A stretch of DNA of 64,000 nt from Minisyncoccota bacterium (GCA_041663185.1 JBAZQY010000001.1:117298-181297); one strand, 5' to 3'; shown: positions 28,311 to 38,831, counted from the first letter of the stretch. The notes: generated from the letters alone by a model not told the origin. Numbers and translations are program-made.

Positions 28311-28373
28311 AGATAGTCTTTATGCTAATATTCCCATTAGGTAGGTAATCTATTTTTCTATCGGACAATAAAA

Positions 28374-28877
28374 TTGAGAGAAAGAATAAACAATCAAATA
28401 CGAGCTTCTGAGGTTCGAGTAATCTCAAACGAAGGAGTTAATCTTGGTGTTTTAAGTATAAAAGAGGCCCAAGCACAAGCTGATTCGCAAGGACTTGATT
28501 TGATTGAAATTTCTCCCAATACTAATCCACCGATAGTCAAAATAGCAAATTTTGGTAAGTATCAATACGAACAAAATAAGAAACAGAAAAAAGCTAAAGC
28601 TGGAGCAAAAACAACCGAAACCAAAGCTGTTCAAATAAAAATCGGCACCGGCGACAATGACCTGGCTCTCAAGGCTAGAAAAGCATCAGAATGGCTCAAA
28701 GAAGGACATCGTATAAAAGTGGAATTATTTTTGTCAGGACGTTCCAAATATATGCCAGATGCATTCTTAAAAGAGCGGTTAGATCGTATTCTTCATCTTA
28801 TTACCGAAAATTATAAAATTGCCGAAAATTATAAAAAAGGTCCAAAAGGTCCAACAATTACAATTGAGAAGCAGTAG
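28374..28877 (+). CDS. infC: Translation initiation factor IF-3
   Basis: INNQIRASEVRVI, DLIEISP, FGKYQYE; no in-frame ATG (TTG/ATA start, typical of infC). Confidence 0.95.
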   Translation: MRERINNQIRASEVRVISNEGVNLGVLSIKEAQAQADSQGLDLIEISPNTNPPIVKIANFGKYQYEQNKKQKKAKAGAKTTETKAVQIKIGTGDNDLALKARKASEWLKEGHRIKVELFLSGRSKYMPDAFLKERLDRILHLITENYKIAENYKKGPKGPTITIEKQ

Positions 28878-28960
28878 AAAATAGCAAGCAGTAAGTAGAA
28901 AGGAAATTAAAAAAATAAATACCTTACTACATACTACCTACTACATACTACTTATTATAT

Positions 28961-29158
28961 ATGTCTATTAAAACAAATAAATCTTTAACAAAGCGTTTAA
29001 AAATTACTAAAAATGGTAAGATATTGTCTCGTGCACCAGGATTCAATCATTTTAATGCGAAACAATCTAGAAAAAAACAATTAGGCGGTAAAAAAACAGC
29101 AAATTTTGCTATTTCAAATAGAAACCGACGTACATATCTGGCTACGTCAAAAATATAA
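28961..29158 (+). CDS. rpmI: 50S ribosomal protein L35
   Basis: KTNKSLTKRLKITKNGK; infC-rpmI-rplT order. Confidence 0.92.
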   Translation: MSIKTNKSLTKRLKITKNGKILSRAPGFNHFNAKQSRKKQLGGKKTANFAISNRNRRTYLATSKI

Positions 29159-29185
29159 AAATTAATAATTTAATAATTAATCAAC

Positions 29186-29530
29186 ATGACAAGAGTTAAA
29201 AGAGGAACAATGAAAAATAAGCGCCGAAAGAATATCCTTGCCCAAACAAAAGGATTCCGTTTCGGACGCAGTACAAAAAAGATACAAGCTAAAGATGCAT
29301 TATTACACGCAGGGAATTATTCTTTTGCCCATCGCAAAGACAAAAAAGCAGATGCGAGAAGTTTGTGGACTACTAGAATTAACGCCGCAATCAGACCATT
29401 TGGAATGTCATACAGTAAATTCATTGATGGTTTAAAAAAGAAAAATATTATGGTTGACCGTAAAATTTTATCTGATATTGCTCAAAATAACCCAGAAGTG
29501 TTCGAAAGAATTGTAAAAAATATCGCATAA
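29186..29530 (+). CDS. rplT: 50S ribosomal protein L20
   Basis: MTRVKRG, LWTTRINAA, SYSKFI, DRKILSDIA. Confidence 0.96.
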   Translation: MTRVKRGTMKNKRRKNILAQTKGFRFGRSTKKIQAKDALLHAGNYSFAHRKDKKADARSLWTTRINAAIRPFGMSYSKFIDGLKKKNIMVDRKILSDIAQNNPEVFERIVKNIA

Positions 29531-29561
29531 AAAAACCCTCCTCTCGGAGGGTTTTTTTATT

Positions 29562-30938
29562 TTAGCATTTTAGGATAACTGTCTCATTGTTTGTTGGGGT
29601 ATAAGCATCAACCCCAAGATTATCTTTCAACTTCTGAGCCAGAAACATTGCCGATTTCGGTTCTCCCATTACAACAAAAACTTTTTTTAAGGTATGAGCT
29701 GTATTTTCTACAAATTCAACTAAATGATCAGAGTCTTTGTGCCCCGAGTAGCCACTAATCATCTCTACGTGGGCGCGAACGATAGTCTCTTCACCAAAAA
29801 TGTGGACTTTTTTAGCTCCATCATAAATAAGTCGCCCGAGTGTCCCAATCGACTGATAACCAATCAATAGGATAGTATTATTCTTATCAGGTAGATAATT
29901 CTTTTCATGGTGCATTATACGACCACCTTTTGACATACCACTACCAGCAATAATTATTTTAGGTGGGGGTACTTTTAAAATTGCTTTCGATTCTTCTGTC
30001 TCCATTGTTTCTATTAAGCCTGGAAAATCAAAAAGTTTATCACCTGTTGCAATTATATCGCGGGCTGTTTTATTAAAATACTTATCATATTTCAAATAAA
30101 TATCTGTGAGTTTTATTGAAAGTGGTGAATCAAGAAATATCGGCAATTTAGACATTTCATCATTCTCATTAATAAAAGAATTCATTTCATAAAGTAATTC
30201 TTGTGTTCGCTCAAGGGAAAAAGTCGGTATCATAAGTACTCCCTTGCGAGTGTAATTTTCTCTTATTATTTCTTCAAGCTTCTTTTTACGCAAATCACGA
30301 TGTTCGTGATTGCGGTCTCCATAACATGATTCCATTATTAAATAATCCACGTTCTCAATTGGTTCATTATCCGGTAATAATGGCGATGGAGAATTACCAA
30401 GGTCCCCTGTGAAAACTATTTTCTTACCATTATAAATTATTTCCAGCATTCCAGAGCCAAGAATATGCCCAGAATTTTTGAAAGAAAATTGGAAGCCGTG
30501 GTCAATATTTATCTTCTGCCCATACTCAAATGTCTCCCATAGGTCCATAGCTTTCTTAATATTCTCTGGTGAATAAATTTTTGCCAAATCATATTCTGTA
30601 TCTTTCGATAAAATGTGGGCCGTGTCGGCCAACATCACTTCCGTAATTTCTTTTGTTGGAACAACTGAAATTATTCGCCCATTAAAACCTTCACTGATAA
30701 GCTTTGGAATACGCCCAATATGATCGACATGTCCATGGGTTATAAAAAGAATATCAATAGTCGAAGCATCATATGGAAACTTGTCCCAGTTTAGGTCGTC
30801 GGCGATTTTTTCTCCCTGAATTAATCCACAATCAATCAAAAATTTCTTGTCATTTCCCTCCAATAAAAAATTTGCTCCGGTAACAGTCCCTGCTCCAGAA
30901 CAAAAAGTCACTTTTAGATTTGTCTCATTTGTCATCAA
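29562..30938 (-). CDS. MBL-fold beta-CASP ribonuclease
   Basis: THGHVDHIG, GHILGS, FTGDLG, ESCYGDR, YSGHKD. Confidence 0.9.
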   Translation of the reverse strand: MMTNETNLKVTFCSGAGTVTGANFLLEGNDKKFLIDCGLIQGEKIADDLNWDKFPYDASTIDILFITHGHVDHIGRIPKLISEGFNGRIISVVPTKEITEVMLADTAHILSKDTEYDLAKIYSPENIKKAMDLWETFEYGQKINIDHGFQFSFKNSGHILGSGMLEIIYNGKKIVFTGDLGNSPSPLLPDNEPIENVDYLIMESCYGDRNHEHRDLRKKKLEEIIRENYTRKGVLMIPTFSLERTQELLYEMNSFINENDEMSKLPIFLDSPLSIKLTDIYLKYDKYFNKTARDIIATGDKLFDFPGLIETMETEESKAILKVPPPKIIIAGSGMSKGGRIMHHEKNYLPDKNNTILLIGYQSIGTLGRLIYDGAKKVHIFGEETIVRAHVEMISGYSGHKDSDHLVEFVENTAHTLKKVFVVMGEPKSAMFLAQKLKDNLGVDAYTPTNNETVILKC

Positions 30939-30958
30939 ATCAATTATACCTTATATAG

Positions 30959-31085
30959 TTGAAAAATGGAATTTAAATAGCTCTTCTCGAAATACGCACA
31001 TAAAATTCTGCTGAATTTTTGCTATGCTCGGGCCGTCGCCCTGCGCAATGTATTTCTCAAAGACTATTTTAATTCCATTTTTCAA
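30959..31085. repeat. Palindromic element family B, intergenic copy
   Basis: TTGAAAAATGGAATT..AATTCCATTTTTCAA arms with core CACATAAAA..TGCTCGG.CCGTCG.CCTGCGCAA. Confidence 0.75.
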
Positions 31086-31094
31086 TAATCTTAT

Positions 31095-31216
31095 AAAAAG
31101 ATAAACAAAATAGTCTTATCAGAGGGGCTTTTGAGCGCGACGGCGTGAAAACTGATCAAATTTCTAGTAAGAAATTTGATGTACCCTCTGGGAAGAGCTA
31201 TTTTGTTTATCTTTTT
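31095..31216. repeat. Long palindromic element (family C)
   Basis: AAAAGATAAACAAAATAG..CTATTTTGTTTATCTTTT arms, inner CAGAGGG/CCCTCTG and ATCAAATTTCT/AGAAATTTGAT. Confidence 0.65.
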
Positions 31217-31262
31217 TGTTTTCCTAATAAAAAATCCTCCCAAAAATGGAAGAATTTCTTAT

Positions 31263-31413
31263 TAGGACTATCGAAGTTGTATTACCGTAGCACTAAGACT
31301 AGGTGGGATTACGGATAATAGGGATTTGTTAACGTAAAATTGTTTACAGTTCCTTATTAAAACTCTATATCCCCTAAAAAATTGTTCTAGGTAACACATT
31401 TCAAATAATCCTA
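31263..31413 (-). ncRNA. Putative rod-shaped ncRNA (6S RNA candidate)
   Basis: TATACT box ends about 6 nt before the 5' end; the 5' and 3' ends pair over about 24 nt; the whole 151 nt folds into a rod; followed by a terminator-like hairpin; no ORF. Confidence 0.5.
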
Positions 31414-31510
31414 TCTTGAGTATACCCTCCGAAAATAATTACACAAGCGTTTTTACAAAAATAACACACTTTTGACAGCCCTTCAAATTGAGTTTTGAAT
31501 AAAGATATCG

Positions 31511-31608
31511 AAAAAACCCAATATAAAAATTTTATGAGTAGGTGTGGGCGCGCGCCGAGCGAAGCGAGGTAGGGATAAGCGAATAAAATTTTTATATTGG
31601 GCTTTTTT
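31511..31608. repeat. Palindromic element family A, copy 3
   Basis: CCCAATATAAAAATTTTAT..ATAAAATTTTTATATTGGG arms with the conserved core. Confidence 0.8.
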
Positions 31609-31622
31609 ATAAGAAAAACTAT

Positions 31623-32180
31623 CTAAAAATCTTCCATTCCGTATTTTTCAAAAAGCATAATGTCATATTTACTACCAGCCAGATGATCCTCTTTTGAAAC
31701 TCCTAAATCCGAGAGGAAATTAAGCAATTCTTCTTGAATTTTTTGTCTAGATTCTGCATTTTCTTCAGAAACAATCCTTTCAACTTCAATAAATTCACCC
31801 AAATTCTCAACAACATCAATAACTATTTCCATCCCCTGTAGTTTTGTCTTAATTCTTTTCTTGTTTACAACTGGAACTTTTTTATAGTTAATAAGATGCA
31901 TAATTTCTAGCATTTTTTCTCCATCTGATATCTCGAGTTCGTGCTCAATGCAGTCCTGTCTATTGGATTGGGAAATTTTCATAGTGAAAATATTTTTATC
32001 GTTTTGCTTCCTGACTCTTAAAACAGGAACATTATAGGGTGGAGGAAAAACCATCTCTTTTGGAATAAAAATGTGGTCAATCTGGTGTAATTCTTCACCA
32101 AAAGAACAGCCCATATCCTCGAGTTTTTTAATTATTTCATCTTTATTTTTTAACCTTGCTTTTACTTCAACTTCGTACAT
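31623..32180 (-). CDS. CYTH-domain protein (class IV adenylate cyclase-like)
   Basis: N-terminal EVEVK, LRVR, V.KKR, LGEFIEVE. Confidence 0.88.
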   Translation of the reverse strand: MYEVEVKARLKNKDEIIKKLEDMGCSFGEELHQIDHIFIPKEMVFPPPYNVPVLRVRKQNDKNIFTMKISQSNRQDCIEHELEISDGEKMLEIMHLINYKKVPVVNKKRIKTKLQGMEIVIDVVENLGEFIEVERIVSEENAESRQKIQEELLNFLSDLGVSKEDHLAGSKYDIMLFEKYGMEDF

Positions 32181-32226
32181 ATTTGTATCATATCACAAAA
32201 TCCCCTTACGGGGATTTTGTGATTTA

Positions 32227-32742
32227 TTATTTCTTTTTTGCTTGTGTAAACTTTTCATGAACTGTTTCATAAGAGAACAGCTCTGCTTCAGAAAACCAGT
32301 GCGCTATCTCCTGCTCTGCATCAGAAGCATCGCCTGAGGCATGTATTATATTTGGAATACCTAAATCATTAGCATCGGCATGTCCAAAACTCATGTGTGA
32401 ATAATCCCCTCTAATAGTTCCAGGAAGAGCTGCTTTGGGTTCTGTTGCCCCAACCATTTTACGGATAAGAGATATTGCCTCAACACCCTCCATAACAAAA
32501 GCAATAACAGGGCCCTCGTTCATCATAGATAATGTGACATCAAAAGCTTTTTGCCCACGACGAGAAATCATTTTTCCAATATTTTCATAGTGATGAAAAT
32601 AATGATCATAACCTGGTTGAATCATTTTTGCTCCAACAATTTTTAATCCAATTTTCTCAAAACGGGCCAAAATTTCTCCAACAATTCCACGTTGAACTGC
32701 GTCTGGTTTAAAAATAATTAATGAACGTTCTATAGTTACCAT
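32227..32742 (-). CDS. ndk: Nucleoside diphosphate kinase
   Basis: ERSLIIFKPDAVQRG, PGTIRGD, NIIHASG. Confidence 0.95.
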   Translation of the reverse strand: MVTIERSLIIFKPDAVQRGIVGEILARFEKIGLKIVGAKMIQPGYDHYFHHYENIGKMISRRGQKAFDVTLSMMNEGPVIAFVMEGVEAISLIRKMVGATEPKAALPGTIRGDYSHMSFGHADANDLGIPNIIHASGDASDAEQEIAHWFSEAELFSYETVHEKFTQAKKK

Positions 32743-32815
32743 AATATAAATTCTATTAATAAATAATAATGTGATTCTAGCACAAAAAAACACTAAATCA
32801 AAATCATTTTTATTA

Positions 32816-35554
32816 TTACTCGCGACGATACTTGGCCATTATTTCCTCTTCAATTTCTTCGCGAGGACGACCATACTTAAGATATGATAATTCTTTTATT
32901 TTTTCAACTATTTCGGTATTGCCTTTTGGTGTTAAGCTCCAATGTGAAGTCATACTGAAAGGTTTTGTTGGTGTCCCATTCACAAGCATACTGACATAAG
33001 AATTAAAGTTATCTAGTTTCATAATATCTGAAGCGGTAAATGTCGGCTTGAATTTCTGCTCAACAAAATTTGCATCTTCGGTACTGATACGATAGACCGC
33101 CATAGATCCAACGTTTCCAAAAACTGCATTCTTAATATTTTCTTCAAGTTGTGAGATGTACTGGTGAGCAATAGTCAAAGACAAGCGATATTTGCGGGCT
33201 TCTGAAAGAATTGAGGCGATAGAATCGGTTGTGACATTTTGGAATTCATCGATGTAAAGATAAAAATCATTCATTTTCTGGCCATACATATCAACACGAG
33301 AAAGGGCGGCCATTTGAATTTTACCAACTAACAACAAACCAATAAGGTTAGCGTTAACTTCTCCAAGTCTTCCTTTTGAAAGATTAACTAGTAAAATCTT
33401 TTTATTGTCCATTATTTCACGGAAATTAAATACTGATTTTTCTTGTAGGACAACTGGGCGCATGATATCGTTCGAAATAAAGTTATCGAACTTGGAAGTA
33501 ATATAGGGGACAAAGTTTGCAATAGATTGATCACCGGTAGTTTTTTCGGCATTTTTCCAAAACTCCACAACGATTGGATTTTTACATTTTGCCATCAGCG
33601 CATGACGATATTCATCATTACCCAAAATACGACTAATTTCAAGAAGAGTCGCCGGATGATCAGGATCATCCATCGCAAGGAAAGCACTATTTTTGAAATA
33701 CTGATCAAACATAGGGCCTCCAGTGGCTTTCATGTCAAAAAGTTTATTGAAAATCGCCATCAGTTCGTTGACCACAAATGTCTTCTGCTCAGGATATTTT
33801 GGATCATATTCAAGCATGTTGAGGCCCATTGGGCGTGCAGTATATGCTGGGTCAAAATAAATAACATCATCAATACGTTCTCTTGGAATATAACTTAAAA
33901 TATCTTGAATATCACTGCCGTGTGGATCAATAAAACAACAACCGTCACCATTTTTAATATCTTGGGCAATCATGTTCTTCAAAATTGTCGTCTTACCAGT
34001 TCCTGTCTGTCCGATGACGTACATGTGGCGCAACCTATCTTCACGAGTCATACGAACTTCAGTGTCTTTGCCATGATAACTATTTATACCAAGCAAAATA
34101 CCCTGGTCTCCCATTTCCATTGGAGCTGGAGCAATACCCGCCTTTGCTTGTTTAAGTTGTGGAGAAACAATCCCATATGGAAAATGGAAAATTGTCGCTA
34201 ATTCTTTAAGGTTAAGGGGCATTCCATATTCATTTGAGAATGTTCGATAAGAAAAATCATGGACTAGTTGTGTTAACTCCTTTCCTTCGGGATGTCTAAA
34301 ATTAAATCCATTGCGATCTGCTTCTGTGAATTGGTTAAATGTCGATTCGACGTCTGCAAGAATTTGTTTTGCCCGCGACTCACTTTCAGCTGAAGCAACG
34401 ATACGGATATTTACCGCCATGATAGTGCTTTTCATCTTTTCGGTAATATTTTCTACCGCCTTATCATTCACCTTTTTTTCTTCTTTCTTTTTTGATGAAC
34501 CTAAAAATAAATCTCCAGCCAATGATTTAAATTCTTTGGTTATCTGGCGAGTTAAACTTCCAGCTGTTCGAACCGACATTCCTTCTTTGACATCAGCTAG
34601 CATAATATGAAACTTCTTCATTATTTCATCATCTTCAGGGCAAATTGTAAACTGAATAGATGCTCCTTCTCCACTTTTTTTAAGTTTGGTAAAAAGATTT
34701 AAAATAATATTTAGTGGATCATGATCAATCGCATCGTATAATTTTATTGGGTAAACATCATGGTGGGCAAGCTTGGCATATGAACCAACAACAGATGCAT
34801 TTTCAGAAAAAATATTATAATCATCTGGAATCTCAACAATTTTAGCATTAGAATGAACTCCAAATAACTGTTTTTCAAATAAATCTGCTTTGTTACTTGG
34901 GACAGAAGCATAAAAAACAAAATTATCACTACCTTCAGCAAGAGCAATCTCTAAAGTAAAATGATTTCGACTATAATTCTGCCGTCCCTCGCCGACTGAG
35001 TGCATACCTGCGTAAAATTGCTCCATTGCACTCAATAATTCTTTCAATCCTTTTTTATTACCTGTCTCATCATCAATATCAGGAAGAGTTATTTCAAAAA
35101 GTCGCATATCAAGTGATTTGAAAAGTGGCGTTCCTTCTTTCAGTCCTGGAACTTTGTGGGTACTGTATAAATATTGAACAAGAAAACGGTGGAAGTCATC
35201 ATCAATGTGTGGATTATTCATTTTTTCGACAACAGAAAGTGCATTTGAAATCCCCTTATCAAGTAAAATGCCGAGTAATTCTTCCATTTTGTTATCGTGA
35301 GTTTCTGGTTTTAATCTTAAAACTAATTCTTCGATAACATTCTGTTTGACAACAGCACTTTTGTGCATGACTTCTTCCGGCTCATATTTTTTATATTCAT
35401 TTATCACATTGTGAGCAAGTTGCTCTTTGTTCACTTCTTGACCTTGTCCACTAATGGCTTTCTCTCGTTCAGCAATATGTGCCCGCAAAAATTCCAATTC
35501 TTCTTGTGGAGTTTTGAATTTGGGTGCGTTGTTTAAGTTTAATCCTTCCAACAT
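32816..35554 (-). CDS. VirD4/TraD-like (HerA/FtsK superfamily) ATPase, CPR type
   Basis: RHMYVIGQTGTGKT, IDPHG, YIDEFQN, SEARKY, AHQY, AVFGNVG. Confidence 0.85.
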   Translation of the reverse strand: MLEGLNLNNAPKFKTPQEELEFLRAHIAEREKAISGQGQEVNKEQLAHNVINEYKKYEPEEVMHKSAVVKQNVIEELVLRLKPETHDNKMEELLGILLDKGISNALSVVEKMNNPHIDDDFHRFLVQYLYSTHKVPGLKEGTPLFKSLDMRLFEITLPDIDDETGNKKGLKELLSAMEQFYAGMHSVGEGRQNYSRNHFTLEIALAEGSDNFVFYASVPSNKADLFEKQLFGVHSNAKIVEIPDDYNIFSENASVVGSYAKLAHHDVYPIKLYDAIDHDPLNIILNLFTKLKKSGEGASIQFTICPEDDEIMKKFHIMLADVKEGMSVRTAGSLTRQITKEFKSLAGDLFLGSSKKKEEKKVNDKAVENITEKMKSTIMAVNIRIVASAESESRAKQILADVESTFNQFTEADRNGFNFRHPEGKELTQLVHDFSYRTFSNEYGMPLNLKELATIFHFPYGIVSPQLKQAKAGIAPAPMEMGDQGILLGINSYHGKDTEVRMTREDRLRHMYVIGQTGTGKTTILKNMIAQDIKNGDGCCFIDPHGSDIQDILSYIPRERIDDVIYFDPAYTARPMGLNMLEYDPKYPEQKTFVVNELMAIFNKLFDMKATGGPMFDQYFKNSAFLAMDDPDHPATLLEISRILGNDEYRHALMAKCKNPIVVEFWKNAEKTTGDQSIANFVPYITSKFDNFISNDIMRPVVLQEKSVFNFREIMDNKKILLVNLSKGRLGEVNANLIGLLLVGKIQMAALSRVDMYGQKMNDFYLYIDEFQNVTTDSIASILSEARKYRLSLTIAHQYISQLEENIKNAVFGNVGSMAVYRISTEDANFVEQKFKPTFTASDIMKLDNFNSYVSMLVNGTPTKPFSMTSHWSLTPKGNTEIVEKIKELSYLKYGRPREEIEEEIMAKYRRE

Positions 35555-35690
35555 ATGAGATTATTATAGCACAATCGATACACAATGAGGATAATTTTAG
35601 TCGATTTTTGTCTTTGACTTATCTTAGAAAGTTTAATATAATACCAAAAGTCGGTAATTATATTAAATTTAATCAAAAAAAGAAAAATAT

Positions 35691-36275
35691 ATGTACGGAA
35701 AAGAAAAGCCATTATTAGTGAACAAATATGAAGAAAAGCCATCATCCACTACAGTAGAAAAAAAAGAAGGTGTATCTCAGCAAAGTCAAGATTTTGCAAA
35801 CAAAACTGCACAACAAATCGAAGGTGAAATGGGCACAATCCCTGACGCTTCTGTAGAATTAGCTCGAGAAGGTGCAAAAGTAGGAGATACACTAGGAACC
35901 AAAGAAGACGCCTTCAGTAAAAATGAGATGTTGCAACAACAGATGTTAGATTTTATTGATAAACAAGAAAAACATGCCAAAGAATTAATGAGTGTTCGAC
36001 AAAAAATAGCAGATTCTTTGGGACAAGTTTTTTTGGGGAAATCTTCTGTGGGAAATTTTTTCGCAACAGCCAAAGAAAAGATCCCCGTTTGGGCAATAAA
36101 GCCAGATTTTGAAGTTACTATGAAGGATTTGGAAAATATTATGGCTGAAGCTTCAAAAGATAATTATCTGGGTTCGTTATCTGGGAAAAAAGATGAAAAG
36201 GGAATGTACCACGCATTTTATCAACCAGAAAAAAATACCAATTGGAATGTTGAAAAAACTGGGCTTACAAACTAA
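35691..36275 (+). CDS. Hypothetical protein
   Basis: 194-aa charged ORF ending at a bidirectional terminator (36289-36316). Confidence 0.65.
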   Translation: MYGKEKPLLVNKYEEKPSSTTVEKKEGVSQQSQDFANKTAQQIEGEMGTIPDASVELAREGAKVGDTLGTKEDAFSKNEMLQQQMLDFIDKQEKHAKELMSVRQKIADSLGQVFLGKSSVGNFFATAKEKIPVWAIKPDFEVTMKDLENIMAEASKDNYLGSLSGKKDEKGMYHAFYQPEKNTNWNVEKTGLTN

Positions 36276-36319
36276 ATTGCAACATAATAAAAAATCCCCC
36301 GCTCGGGGGATTTTTTGTT

Positions 36320-37087
36320 TTAAAGTTGAGTTAAAATTTCCGCCTCTCCTTCAGTTATTAAAATTGTATGTTCAAAGTGTGCTGATCGCGAACCGTCAGC
36401 TGTTTTTATTGTATATCCATCAGAACCATTTACAATATTATCCTTGCCGATATTTAGCATTGGTTCAATCGCGACAACCATCCCTGGAATTAATTTTTGC
36501 CCCTTTCCTGCCTTTCCATAATTCGGAATATAAGGATCCTCGTGGACTGCTTTCCCGACTCCATGCCCTGCAAGCTCTCTTACTATCCCATAACGCCCAT
36601 GGACGAATGATTCTATTGCATGCCCTATATCACCCACGGTCGCTCCACCACGAGCCGCCCAGATACCGATTTCAAGCGCCTTTTTTGTGTCATCGATAAG
36701 AGCTTGGTCTTTTTTTGAAATTTTCCCAACAGGCACCGTGACAGCATGGTCAGTGAAAAGACCTTTGTGATTTATCCCAAGGTCTAAAGAAACAATATCT
36801 CCCTCTTTTAAGATTTTATTTTTACCCGGAACACAATGAACTATCTCATTGTTGACTGAAGTGCAAAGAGTTGCCGGATAGCCACTTACTGCTCCCTCTG
36901 GTTTATAATCCAAAAAAGCTGGAACATCTCCTCCGTCTTTTATAAGTTTATAAGCAAATTGATCAAGCTCGTAAGTAGAAATACCAGGCTTAACTTGTTT
37001 AACAGTTTCTGCCAAAACAAAAGCCAACCTCTTCCCTCCTTCACGAATTATCTCTATTTCTTCTAGTGTTTTGATAATGACTGACAT
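36320..37087 (-). CDS. map: Methionine aminopeptidase type I
   Basis: CTSVNNEIVH, DLG, GHGVG..HEDP, AIEPM, SAHFEHT. Confidence 0.96.
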   Translation of the reverse strand: MSVIIKTLEEIEIIREGGKRLAFVLAETVKQVKPGISTYELDQFAYKLIKDGGDVPAFLDYKPEGAVSGYPATLCTSVNNEIVHCVPGKNKILKEGDIVSLDLGINHKGLFTDHAVTVPVGKISKKDQALIDDTKKALEIGIWAARGGATVGDIGHAIESFVHGRYGIVRELAGHGVGKAVHEDPYIPNYGKAGKGQKLIPGMVVAIEPMLNIGKDNIVNGSDGYTIKTADGSRSAHFEHTILITEGEAEILTQL

Positions 37088-37125
37088 ATAAATTCTATAC
37101 TAGATGAATTTTGCTAAATAAGCAA

Positions 37126-38831
37126 TTAAAAATATTCCTTTTTATAACATTCTTTACAGTAAATAATAGGGGCTTCTTTTTGATGATAATTAGTTTTAAA
37201 AACATTTCTACATTTATTACATTTTCTTTCTATTAAAGACATCTGTTGCGCCCATCTTTTTATCTTATTTTCAATTCTACAAAAAGGACAACGACGTGGA
37301 AGTGGAAGATTGTGTTGTCTTAAAAATTGAAGTTCTTGATTTGTTATTTTGTATCCTCGAGGACAAGTTGCACATTTAATTGATTCATTTAATATATCAT
37401 CTTTTATGTCTCTGATATTATCAGGTAAATCAATAAAATTCATTGTTATTAAATGTTCGCTGATAGGAATGTCTGCCCAAGATAGTTCTTTTAATATAAC
37501 TTCTTTTTTGGATAAAGGATTAAATAAATAGGCAAAGGTATCGTTATAATCATGTGGAGAAAACTCCATTGGAAAAAATCACCGTATTTATATATTATCC
37601 CATTTTTATTTTCATATGGATTTCTTTCCATATCGAATATAATTTTTTTTCTAAGCTCATCAAAAGTTTTTGGGTCGTATTTTTTATTTAAAATATAATA
37701 TTCTTTATTTCGTATCCCTGAACAACCAAATAGAAACGCTCCCCCCATACAACTTTTTGAATATTCTATATGGTGACCATTGTGTATATCCTGACTAAAT
37801 CGTACATCAGAAACTTTGTTTCCAACTGTAATACATTCATATATTCTTTCTGCCCCTTCTCCCCAATCAATATAATCATAACTATCTTTAACACTCGGTG
37901 TTTTAATAAGCATCATATATTTACAATCTTCACAATACCCTGAGTCGTAACATTCTTTACAATTTTTAGAATAAAACACATAGTTGCCAGTACAATCTTT
38001 ATTAAACATATAGTCATAACATGGATTTGGAATCGAGTTCTTCCAAATTTCTTCTGCTTTAATTTTTATTTCTTGATATGTTTTGTAAGAGCCAAGGTCT
38101 ATACTTTTTATTTGTTCTTTATAATTTTCTTTGGTAAGTTGTTCATTAAAGAAAACATATTTCTTATTATATAAATTAGAAGATCCAAAACAATATTGTG
38201 AATTTTTTGCATCACGAATAAAAAAACAATCAAGTGATGTATGGACATTGCCCCTAGATCCGTGGACTCTGTTATTTCGAAATCCATTTAATCCATCATA
38301 GCATTGCTCACATTCCCAATAGACACTACAATCAAGAACTGATTTGTCTCGAGTTAGATAAAAACCGTGTTGACAATCTTCATCATAATCGGAATAGAAA
38401 ATTAAGTAACAATTCTTAGAATGATCACAATGATTAGTATATGGCGATAATTCTGATGTACTTTTAGTAACAGCAATTCCCCTAATAGGGACACGATGTA
38501 GATGCTCATTTAATTGTTCAAAAAATGAACGAGAGGGATTATAATCCATGGCATATTTTTCAGGATTCCATTTATCACTCCACCAACAATCAGAACAATA
38601 AATCGTATAAGGTGAATCGGGTGGATACATTGATATTTTTTCTTCTCCACACAAATCACATTTTCTCTTATATAAACGAAATCCTTTTAACCAAATTAAA
38701 CGTCTCTGTTTCCTACACTCCGGACAAAAAGTCGGCGGAGGAACTTTAATTTTCTCATAAAAAGAAAAATCATCAGGCTCGATTATAAAGTCATTTTTGC
38801 AGTTCTGACAAACCCTAGTTTCTTCTTTCAT
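37126..38831 (-). pseudogene. Cys-rich Zn-binding CPR protein split by a single -1 frameshift at about 37572
   Basis: ORF 37491-38831 (CQNCK..PPTFCPECR) and ORF 37126-37569 join as YGDFF|PMEFSP after a -1 shift at T TTT TTC. Confidence 0.65.

Noticed and set aside
28368-28376. Non-ATG start of infC as a novelty
   Set aside because: Well-established IF3 autoregulation feature
12831-31608. Family A repeats as a CRISPR array
   Set aside because: Copies are 9-10 kb apart, not tandem with spacers
32816-35554. Conjugative element inferred from the VirD4/TraD-like ATPase
   Set aside because: No relaxase, VirB genes or integrase; such stand-alone ATPases are common chromosomal genes in CPR
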